Shown here in pieces: positions 11,339 through 22,670 of a stretch of 44,353 nt of DNA. The stretch comes from Catajapyx aquilonaris. Its lineage: Eukaryota. A program made the translations under genes and the position numbers. The stretch is taken from positions 1 to 44,353 of the forward strand of contig JYFJ02003249.1 of NCBI GenBank assembly GCA_000934665.2, given 5' to 3'. Under the pieces are notes generated by a model. That model saw nothing but the letters and a program-made list of their open reading frames with translations, was not told the origin of the DNA and did not search any database. The first letter of the stretch is position 1. Each line of letters starts with the position of its first letter.

Positions 11339-13027
11339 ATGGCCGAGTCCAGCAGTGACCTGATGACACCCGCATCATCACAGATGGACAATGTTCCTAT
11401 GGACATGGAGCTCCTGGCAGATAAGTTCAGGGGCTGCCTGGCCGGAGCCCTGATGGGAGACTGCCTGGGTGCTCCCTTTGAATTCCAGTTCAAGATAGTG
11501 AACCTCTCAAAGCTTAACACGTACTTCCACGATCTAAATGATCCTGACAGCGAAGGTATGGACAGGCTCAAAGCAGACATCTTCTTTTTGCCTTTGTTTC
11601 ACCTGTTGCTCTATTTGCAGAGTCGTTCAAGAAGTACACGGACGACACTGCAATGACCCGCTGCATTGCACGTTCCCTGCTGGCAAAGAGAGGATTTGAT
11701 GCAAAGGACATGGCCAAACGGTTAGTTTTCTGCTCCTGAATTATTGGAAATTCAGTTGTTGCATGGACAAGAGGGCCTCGTAAACACAGTATAAGCAATC
11801 ATGTGTATGTTTGGGAATGATAGATCATAAGTGAGGCTTTATTTTGCTTTGAGTTTCATTTTCCATTTTTGTCTGGAAGACCTATGCATTACATCATTCT
11901 TTCAAAACTTGTCATTGCAGATTCATAAAGGAATTTTACTCAGGCCCACGCCGAGGTTATGGTCCTCATGTCGTGAATGTCTTTTCTGAACTGAAGGAAA
12001 TGAAAGTGAAGGATCCATTTGGCCCTGCAAATGCACAATTTGGGGGATCAGGATCATATGGCAATGGTGGTGCAATGCGAGTTGCGCCTGTTGCTCTATT
12101 TGCATTCCACAATGAGAACGAACTAATAGACCTTGCCAAGAAATCTACTCTGATAACACACGCCCACCGGATGGGGTACAATGGTGCGATTTTGCAGGTA
12201 ATTAGTGCCCTTTTTTCTTTCCTTATTCCTTTCATGAACACACACACATATCAGGGGACATTGTCAGGGACAGAACCATTGTGTTATTTATTATTGAAAA
12301 TTAATTATGAAACTCGAATTCTGTCTGAGACTTGCTAGACTCAAATCACATACCAGTTCTCAACAAACGTTACTGTTATTTGATTGCATTTGCCTATTTT
12401 GTGCAGTGCTTGGCTGTCCATCAAGCATTGAAATCCAACCCACGCGAGCCCCTGAATGCAACTGAATTCCTCTCCAACCTGAAGAAGCAAATGGAGAAGT
12501 TGGAATCAGAGTCGGAGAGGAACTTCCCAGGAGATAAGAACTTTGAATCACATGCTTATGCCAAGAAACTAGACAAAGTGAAGGAACTACTGGAGATGAG
12601 TTCCAGTGAAAGGGGTGACGGAAGAGACTTTGATGATATGGTAGTAGATTCCCTGGGAAATAACATTAGAGCCTTATATTCAGTGCCAATAGCAATATTT
12701 GCAGTCCTTTCTGCTCAGAAAAGCCTTCCCAATATTGAGGCAAGTATACTGTATTATTATGATTTGTACCATAGTTTTACGTCTGCTGTTGTCTTTTTGC
12801 AGACTGACAATAAGTTCCAGCGATGCGTCCAGTACGCCATATCCCTTGGAGGAGACACGGACACCATAGGGTCAATGGCAGGTGCAATAGCTGGTGCACA
12901 CTTGGGTTTTGAAGCCACCCCAAAGACACTCCACCGACACTGCGAGGAGCTGGACACAGCTGTGAAGTTGGCTGACGAATTATTTCATGTTGCTATGGGG
13001 AAGGGCCGCTCATGTGAGATTATGTGA
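11339..13027 (+). CDS. ADPRS: ARH3-like copy 4 (type B), ~383 aa; exons 11339-11555, 11621-11720, 11921-12197, 12407-12739, 12803-13027
   Basis: All ARH3 motifs present; exons 217/100/277/333/225 in frame. Ends SCEIM*. Confidence 0.9.
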
Positions 13028-14131
13028 GCATATTTTATAAAAACATTGCCAGTGTGATTCATAGAAATGTCTTACGTTAGTGTGTTGATGAATAATATAT
13101 TTTTATCTTGCTACTTTATTTACACCAAAGACAACAATTATCCTAATAACGAAATTATTTTGTGATGAGAGATTGTCATCTATTTTTCTCTTAGGAGGTG
13201 TTGTAGAGTGCAAATGTTTTGCTGCCATAGATACATCTAGAAAAATAAAGTGTCTTTTTGAGTGCAGATATTCAAGCATATTGCCATAGACTGTGCCATA
13301 GACTCACTTGGCCATCTTGCATCAGAGCACTATCAGAGCCATCATCAGCACCTTATTTTTACTACTGCGAGCGATTTGATCAGCAATGTTGTATCGGTTC
13401 TGACGTCACAACGCAAGTGATAGCTGTTTAACATTGCGCATGTGTTTACAACCCAGCGATGTGCATCGCTACTGCATCGGCAAGGGAGACAAAGACTATC
13501 AGGTTGTTTATGGCTCGAATTTTTCTCCCTCATTGTTCGGTTTGTTTATGAACCATGGATACCTAGCGAGGTGCAGATAGTCTATTTCAAACAGACCTTA
13601 GCAATGTCAGATGTCATCACTGATGCCATATCCCATGTTTGTTATCATCCTCTGAATATTAACAGAGCATCCATGTGTCAATCATTTGCTAATGGCACTC
13701 AGTCAGTAACGTTCCCTGTTAAATGCCAATGTAGATTTACTTCATCATCATTATTATTAATTGCTGAATATAATTTGTTTGTGGAACCTCATACTTCGAA
13801 CGACTCTAATTTCAAATGCTTAATTCGAGAAAAGGGTGACAATGGAATTATGCATTGTTATTCAGTAAGTGAGGATTTATAAGTATGATCACATCGTGTA
13901 GGAAATAATACAGATGAAAATGCTGTTCGCCATGGCTGTTACGTTTAAGTTAGAGGCTGTTGGAAATGAGTAAAGAAAGGGAACACTGTGGCTGAATGTG
14001 ATGAACAGTACGGAACCTCAAATAGTGTAGTGGTTTATTTCCCCAATCCTGCCAACCTTGGTGATCGTGACTGTTTATTTGCCTGGTACTACATCTACAG
14101 ATGGCAGAGGGTGCCAGAGTCCAGCGACCTG

Positions 14132-15788
14132 ATGGTATCCACAGCTACACAAATGGACATCAACGATGCTCCAATGGACATGGAGCTCCTGGCAGATAAG
14201 TTCAGGGGCTGCCTGGCCGGAGCCCTGATGGGAGACTGCCTGGGTGCTCCCTTTGAATTTCAGTTCCAGAGGTTAGTGGACAACTCGGTGATTAACAAGT
14301 ACTTCGACAATCTCAATGATCCTCACAGCAGAGGTAGGAAGGCCAAGCTCAAAGCATGCATCTCATTTTATTCTCTCTTTCACCTGTTGCTACTTGCAGA
14401 GCAAGTGAAGAGGTACACAGACGACACTGCAATGACCCACGGCATTGCACGTTCCCTGCTGGCAAAGAGGGGCTTTAATGCGAAGGACATGGCCAAACGG
14501 TTAGTTTGACACTTCTGAATGTTCTGATTTGGAAATTCAATTGTTACTTAGTAGGAAAGTGCGGCACAGTAAAATGAGATAACTTATGCTTATGTAAAGC
14601 AGCACCACAATATTGAAATTGCTTTGAAAACTTGTCATTGCAGATTTGTCGAGGAATTTGTCTCAGGTTCACGTCGAGGTTATAGTATTCATATCTCTCT
14701 TATATTTGTGGAACTGAGAGAAACGAAAGTGAAGGACCCGTTTGGCCCTGCAAGTGCGCGGTTTGGTGGAGCAGGCTCGTACGGCAATGGTGGTGCAATG
14801 CGAGTTGCTCCTGTTGCTCTATTTTCATTCAACAATGAGAAGAAACTGATTAAGCTGGCCAAGAAATCCTCCCTCATAACGCACACACATCGGATGGGGT
14901 ACAATGGCGCAATTTTGCAGGTGATTGGTGTGCCTTATTCATCCCTAAGACTTTTGTGGACAAACGCACATAGGCGCAGGAAAACTGGTGCCGGAAGAAA
15001 TACCTTACTACAAATAATCACATCATTCTTTTCCTTCCATAAGTTAGCCATTTATTGTTGGCAAATAATTGTGAAATTTGCATCTGCATGAGACTTGCTA
15101 GACTCAAATCACAAACGGTACTCATCAGAAAATATTCTGTTATTTGAATGCTTTTGCCATTTTTCATGTAGTGCTTGGCTGTCCATCAAGCATTGAAATC
15201 CAGCCCACACGAGCCCCTAAATGCAACTGAATTTCTCTCCAACTTGAAGAAGAAAATGGAGAAGTTGGAATCTGAGTCGGAGAAGAACTTCCTGGAAGAT
15301 AAGACCTTTGGACCATGTCCATATTCAAAGAAGCTAGACAAAGTGCAGGAACTACTGGAGATCAGCTCTAGCGACAGGGGTGACGGCGGAAGAGATGTGG
15401 ATGAGCTTGTAGTAGATTCCTTGGGAAATAATGTTACAGCATTAGGTTCAGTGCCAACTGCAATATTCGCAGTCCTTTCTGCTCAGAAAAGCCTTCCCAA
15501 CATTGAGGCAAGTACTGCACAATATGATTTGTACCACAGTTTTATGTCTGTGTCATTTTGCAGACTGACAACAAGTTCCAACGATGCATCCAGTACGCCA
15601 TATCCCTTGGAGGAGACACAGACACCATTACGTCAATGGCAGGTGCAATAGCTGGTGCTCACTTGGGTTTTGAAGCAACCCCAAAGACACTCCACCAACG
15701 CTGCGAGGATCTGGACACGGCTGTGAAGTTGGCCGACGAATTGTTTGAAGTTGCGATGGGGAAGGGAAGCTCATGTGAGATTATGTAA
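14132..15788 (+). CDS. ADPRS: ARH3-like copy 5, ~379 aa; exons 14132-14333, 14400-14499, 14644-14920, 15172-15507, 15564-15788
   Basis: Motifs conserved (YTDDT, GSYGNG, GGDTDT), frame intact. The paralogous start codon is GTG here (14111), so the next in-frame ATG (14132) is used. Ends SCEIM*. Confidence 0.82.
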
Positions 15789-16019
15789 GCATTTTTTTAA
15801 AAAAATCTGCCTATGCAATACTGTTTTACTGTATTGATAATAAATCTATTTTATGTTACATTTATGTACAGCAATGTATTCCGTAGTCTGCTCCGAGGTG
15901 TTGTACTGTAGAGTGCAAAGGTTTTAATCCTATTTAAGTCAGGTACGCTGTTCTTAAATTCTGGTTAAATATCAAGAACCGTATCGAACTTGAAGATACA
16001 GTTGTCTTTTTATCCTCAT

Positions 16020-16085
16020 CTGTCAACCCTGGAGCGCATGACTGTTTCTTCGTCTGGCACCCCTGTTTGAAGATGGCGGCGCCCA
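16020..16085 (+). promoter_or_regulatory. Housekeeping-type start region with YY1-like AAGATGGCGGC overlapping the ATG of copy 6
   Basis: AAGATGGCGGCG at 16070-16081, preceded by CTGGCACCCCTG. Homologous blocks are retained at ~4030-4100, ~7275-7360 and ~10430-10485. Confidence 0.5.
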
Positions 16086-17656
16086 GTGATCCTCCGACGC
16101 TGGAGACGCCGAGAGACGCACGCGACGCACAAGTGGACATGGAGCGTCTGGCCAACAAGTTCAGGGGCTGCCTGGCCGGAGCCCTGATGGGAGACTGCTT
16201 GGGATCCCCCTACGAAGGAGAGTTCAAGCTGGTGGCCCTCTCGGTGCTCAACAAGTACTTCAACAAGCTCAACCAGCCTGAGACCAGAGGTATAATAATC
16301 ATTGACAGGCTCAAGGTCATTTTGTACTCACTTGTTGATTTGTTTGCAGTGCCGTTCAAGAAGTACACTGACGACACTGCAATGACCAGATGCGTCGCAC
16401 GTTCATTGCTCGCAAAGAGGGACTTCGACGCAAAGGACATGGCCAAACGGTTAGTTTTCGCATTGTGACACTGTGGCATGTTGAGCAACACTTTTTTATT
16501 GTTGCAGGTTTGTAAAAGAATTTTACTCAGATCCACGCCGAGGATACGGACAGAATGTTGTGGATGTCTTTGCGGCGCTGAAAGCAACCAAAGTGGAGGA
16601 CCCGTTTGGCCCTGCAAAGGCACAATTTGGGGGTTCAGGCTCTTACGGCAACGGTGGAGCAATGCGAGTTGCTCCCGTTGCCCTATTTGCATTTAACAAT
16701 GAGGACAAAATGATTCAGCTTGCCAAGAAATCCACTCTGATAACGCACACTCACAGGTTGGGGTACAATGGCGCAATTTTGCAGGTAATGCCTCGTGCAC
16801 ACACAAAATCATGTCCAGAGGATAATGTAGATTTTGATTGCATTTGTCTCTCCTTGTGTAGTGCTTGGCTGTCCATCAAGCATTGAAATCCAACCCAGAC
16901 AAGCCCCTGAATGCAATTGAATTCCTGTCCAATCTGAAGAAGCAAATTGAGAAGTTGGAATCTGAGTCGGAGGAAACCTTTCTAGAAGATGAGAAGGTCA
17001 ATTTACATTCGTATGCCAAGAGGCTAGACAAAGTGAAGGACCTACTAAGCACCAGTGCGAGCGGAGAGGACTGGAGCGATGAGAGACACATGGATATTCT
17101 TGCAGTGAATTCCTTGGGAAATGATGTAACAGCGTTAGATTCAGTGCCAACAGCAATATTTTCAGTCTTACGCGCACAAGAAAACCTCCCCAATATTGAG
17201 GCAAGTGCCGCACTGTTATAATTTTCATTCTGTATGTCTTCCAAAAAGACATTTGTGCCTTCATGAAAATTGTAATTATTTCTTTTGAGAAGAAGGCTAA
17301 CCACAGCAAATAACTAATGCTTTTGTTTCTACATTTCTAGTAGTTACAATCAAGATCCATTTGCATGGAAAAAAATCAGAGCAAAATAAAGACCAGAAAT
17401 TTTCTGTCTTGATTAACAATTTTTTTTTTTCCAGGCTGGAAATACGTTCCAGCGATGCATCCAGTACGCCATATCCCTTGGAGGCGACACGGACACCATT
17501 GGGTCAATGGCAGGTGCAATAGCTGGTGCACACTTGGGCTTTGAAGCCACCCCAAAGACACTCCACAGACACTGCGAGGAGCTGGACACGGTTGTGGAGT
17601 TGGCTGACGAATTGTTTGATATATTGGAGAAAGAGCGTTCGAGTGAGGTTGTGTGA
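16073..17656 (+). CDS. ADPRS: ARH3 copy 6, most canonical and probably parental, ~384 aa; exons 16073-16289, 16350-16449, 16508-16784, 16862-17200, 17435-17656
   Basis: Starts AAGATGGCGGCG (MAAP...). Has GDCLGSPYEG and DPRRGYG, closest to the canonical ARH3 pattern. 1155 nt in frame, ends KERSSEVV*, AATAAA at ~17715. Confidence 0.92.
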
Positions 17657-19729
17657 GTGTATTGTACAAAAATCATGCGAATGTATTTCCTAAGACTGTT
17701 TTTAGCTTAATATTAATAAAGTTATTGTTATACTATGAATTTTTTTTTCACACCGAAGGTCAATCTGTTTTGCTGCATGTTATGGCAGAGTGAAAAGAGT
17801 CAAGAGTGCTACTTTGAAAAGGTTACTCACTATTAATTGCGATTATTGATTTTTCTAAATGTGAACAAGGTTGTGACAGTTGAATGCACAATGCAATATC
17901 CAGGCTTGTTTTTTCTCTCACCCTTCTGAAATAAGAAAATGTGCGTGATTAAAAAGAGTAGGCAATATTGTGAATATTGACCACTCAAAACCTAGGTGCC
18001 CCTGTGAAAAGAAGAAACTGTCACCCGACATCCAGCAGCCAATCTTGTCGTAAGTGTACTTGGGTATTAGTTCATTTTGTCAGATAATATGTAGAGTACA
18101 TGTGGAGTAGAGTGGAAGCATCTGAATACCATGGATAAAAAGGCGCCCTTTTATAATTATTTTCTCCAGTCAACCAAGCGTGAGAGGGTCCCTTCGACCT
18201 ATAGGGGGAAATATGATAACCAAAAAAAACTGACCTTTTGTTGGAGAAAATGCCTCCAAAATAGTTACTCGTAAGTTTGGAGCTAATCATGCCTAGTACT
18301 GCAGCAAAGCTGTAATTACATGTGCACGAGCTTGTACAAAAGCATTGCTCCGGCTTCAATGCCGGCTTCAATACTGCACATTTCATAAGTTGCCCCCCCC
18401 TTCATTCTCTAAAGTGGTCCAAACTAGCAAATAATGTGCAAGTGCAGCAGCCTAAGGATTGTGTTCTCCATCTCGGTCAAGCTGCAATTTTTGGAGCCAT
18501 GCAAACAAAAAAGTGTGGTCAGAGGAATTTAAGGGAAACAAGAACGGAAGGTGTGGAAGTATATTAATACCCCCTTTTTTGGTCTGAACAGCTGAGTAAA
18601 TAAAATGTCACGCGATGAGCTCGGCTGCACTTTTCAGCTGCAAAAAAAAACCTTTTCCAGGTAATTTCATCTCCCTCAAAGCGGAAGAAAATGTGTGTTT
18701 AGGAAGGAAGCTTAACTTCCGGACAAACTTATAGAGTAGCAAGCATCAGAGAGATTAATGCGACGTGGAAAACTTTCCCCCCTGCCGTATTTAACATTAA
18801 ATCAGACAGACTAATAGTGAAAGTTTTCATCTACTAATGAATGGGGGAGGCTTTAACCCTTGACCTCGTTTTATGGAAATAGGTCAGGGAATTGCGGAAA
18901 TTTCCGGTGGGAAATCATCAATGCAGAGACGTTATTTATCTATCATTACATATACTTCTAAGTACAGTAGGCTATGTGCTCATAGCTGCATAGGTTAATA
19001 AGGATTTCCGAGCGATAAAATAATTATTTCTGGTTAATTGAATTGAACGTCAAGCTTAATTGAATTGGACACACAAAATAACGAATGGGATTATTGGACA
19101 TATTTTGTACAGTACACGATATACCCAAGGTCAGTAGAGTACAGTACTTAGAAGGGGTGGTTGGGTGGCCTATGGCGACCATTCGTCCTTGCCTCAACCT
19201 GGAAGGAGGATGCTGTGACCGTACTTGGTGACGTGTGACCAGACCTGCATCGTGTACAGCACCTCGACGTACCGGTATGTAATTATTATTGTAGGACTAA
19301 TAGGACGAGGCAATCAATGGTGCATGTGATCCATAAATTCTGATCTAAAATATTATTCTGCACATTTTATTGCCCTGTTGGACTTAGAGAAGGTGACAAA
19401 GGTGGCAAGCTTTTTCTTCTGGTCTGTTGCTTGAGCTGCTAATATGGAAGGGTTTGAAATTTGCATGTTTGAAAGATTTTAACCTCTCAAACGACCCGAG
19501 GAGAAGAGAGGAAATTATTAAAAGTCGAGTACCATTCACCAAAGCAGACTCTGCCATTTGCTGCTGGTTGCAAAATGTGGCAACCTTTCAAGTGGGATAT
19601 TTTAATGGGCCAACATTACTACGTGCATCTATTTAATTATGAATTACCAGTTTTAGTAGCCTAAATGATATGGGGATAGAGCTCGGATTGTTTGGATGTG
19701 AGTAAATCATTTGGCTAATTAAATGCCAT

Positions 19730-22670
19730 TATCCTTACATGTAGGTAACTGTTACAGCATAAAATTAATATTATGTGATTTTTTTTGACTGGTTTAACAT
19801 TAGTGCTGGGGCTATGCATGATTGTGTGATGCTCAGATCATGTGACCTATGCTCATTCATTACACTTTGCAGATGATGCATCTGATTGATCTCTGGACAT
19901 CGCCTGCCTGATTCTTCCAAACCAACAGCCACTTTGGCCTCATCCAAATCAACTTCTGGAATCAAGCGATGCGAGGTGCTGTCATCACCAGATGCCTCAA
20001 ATCTTCTGTTGCCATCTACTCTCCTGGCAGACCAGACATGGTAAGCATTACACTTGTATGATACACCTCATTTGTTGAAGTGCTGAAGCTGTCCATGCAA
20101 TGAATTGGGAATCCAGCGGATATTGGAAGCTATTTGCTCGGTCAGTGAGAACAGTAGTGATCAAAGTAATTCCAAAATTCACTAACCAGAGATTGGCGTC
20201 ACTCATTTTAAAATGGATTAAATATTTTGTATTCATTTACCATATTCTCCAGGACTATTTGTTTTCCATCAATATTTCCTCCCCAATCTTCCTAATTGCC
20301 TTCATTTCCATTCCATATACACTTCATCTAAAATAATTAATTTGAAAATTAATTCCATCTTGACATGAATGGTGTCCATCACTGACCACAACTGCTGTTG
20401 ACAGTATTAGAGGCTTATAACCCATTTTTTCAGTTCTGCACAAAAAGAGTCGAGCATTGTCGAGTTACAGTCTGGATACATTTTCAGTCGAAGGTTAAGG
20501 AGAGACTCGTAATTGCAATGTTTTTGGTCATATAATCATGGAGAAACGTCTTAAAATTTTCTTTTGCTTAATTTTTCTTGCAATGATTTTTCTTAGCCCA
20601 TTGGACCTAATTCGCAAATTAATTCAATACAAGTCATACCTGGATCCATTGCTTTTTTATTCGCCATTCATTTCAGTTCACCAGAGTGAATTAAATTCGC
20701 CAATTAAGTTGAAATTGTTTTTGGCAATAATTACTGAGATCTTGATTGTGTCAAGTGATGATAACATTGCAGGACTTGAAGTACAGTAGTTCAAGACGTG
20801 GCCTATTCACTGCCCACAATTGCTGACAATGATGTTGATATTGCGTAAGTTCATCCAGTCTCATTATTATGTGAAGGTTCTGGGTTCTTTGCAGGCATCT
20901 AACATATCTTGGTGGAATTAGTAGTTTGCTAATGTCATTAAAATTTTTAAGACGAAACACTTCATTGTGTGGCAATGATAATTAGTACCTTAGCTAATGC
21001 TTTTGATAACCACTATTACATGTAGCTGTTCAAAAGTCACTGCAGGGCAAAGCATGCAATTGCCACAAAGATGCAATGAGCGCTCTCTCAATGACAGTTG
21101 ACAGTCATGTGACTTATATACTCATTGCACCTTACAGAATGATGAGCCATCTCTGGACATCGCCTGCCTGATTCTGATGCCAAACCAACAACCGCTTGGG
21201 CCTCATCCAAACCAACTTATGCAATCAAGCGATGCGAGGTGCTGTCATCACCAGATGCCTCAACTCTTCTGTTGCCATCTACTCGCCTGGCAGACCAGAG
21301 ATGGTAAGCATTACACTTGTACACCTCATGATTGTGTTGAAGTGCTTAAGCTGTCCATACATTAGGCAATGAATCTGGAAGCCAGCGGATATTGGAAGCT
21401 AGCGCTTGGTCAGTGAGAACAGTAGCTTTGAGAAGATCAAAGTAATTCCCTAACCAGAGATTGGCATCACTCATTTTAAAATTGATTAAAGATTTTGTAT
21501 TCATTTACCATATTCTCCAGGCCTATTTGTTTTCCATCAATGTTTCCTCCCCAATCTTTCTAATTGCCTTCATTTCCATTCCATACACTTCATCTAAAAC
21601 AGTTAATTGGAAAATTAATTCCATCTTGAAATGAATGGTGTCCATCACTGCCCACCACTCCTGTTGACAGTAGAGGCTTATAAACAATAATTTCAGTTCT
21701 GCACAAAAAGAGTCGAGCATTGTCGAGTTACAATCCAGCTAGACATTTTCAGTGTTGCAGTGTTATTGGTCATATAATCATGGAGAAACGTCTTTTAATG
21801 CAGAATTTTTCTGTTGCAATATGTTGTATTCTCTATGGCTTGGAAGTAAAGTACATTCTTTAAACGTTATTAAGCCACTTTAGGCCAAAATGATGTTATT
21901 TTCCAGCAATTATTATGTGACAAATATTCTACCTGTTAATTTTGAAAGCTTGTGCTTATTTCGTCACAAGCCTTTAATTGCTAGTTACACTGATGTTGCC
22001 AGTTGTAATAGTTTCCTAGTGCGTTGTTGTCAGTACTATGGTATTCTAAGGCGGAATACATTATGATGGGGAGATTTCAAGAATTTATTTGATGCTACTG
22101 TCACATGCAGTGCCATTTTGGCATCTAAATGTCAGTTTGCAAACAATCAATCGAGTCTATATGATCCCAGTTAATGGATATCAAGCCATATTACAGCAGA
22201 AATTTGTATTATTATTCCCAGCTGTAGAATAACAATGGCAACTTGATGAGCAATGTTGAAGGATTATTAAATGAAAATATTAGGGTCACACACATTCAAT
22301 TTGTCTGTTCCGTTTTTGAGCACTTTTAGCCCATTGGACCTAATTCGCAAATTAATTCAATTGAAGTCATACCTGGATCCATTGCTTTTTTATTCCCCAT
22401 TTATTTTTCACCAGAGTGAATTAAATTCGCTAATTAAGTCAAAGGTTCTTTGACTCATCTGATTATGTTGATTTTTTTTTTTTTGGGCAGATCTTAATTG
22501 TGTCCAGTGATAACATCACAGGATGTGGCCTATCAGCATCTTGGACGATAAATTATTCCAATCTCATTTATGCAAATAGGGCTCCCAAGTTCAGACAGTA
22601 AATATAACTTGAAGGAATTTGTAGTCTGCTAATGCCATGAAACATTTCTGAGATGATGGTTCAACAGCAT
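19730..22670 (+). repeat. Diverged tandem duplication (~19730-20960 and ~21010-22670); the second unit carries ~500 bp of extra sequence (~21795-22325)
   Basis: Shared blocks: ATCTCTGGACATCGCCTGCCTGATTCT (19889/21149) through TCATGGAGAAACGTCTT (~20550/~21793), and TTAGCCCATTGGACCTAATTCGC (20594/22327). Confidence 0.85.

Noticed and set aside
2184..13027. Array copies as uncollapsed haplotypes or assembly artefact
   Set aside because: Copies differ by many substitutions, indels, a private MITE and mosaic tracts, more than expected for alleles. Not formally excluded without reads.
2811..17676. Recurrent antisense ORFs over ARH3 exons
   Set aside because: Shadows of the coding strand, repeated only because the genes are duplicated.
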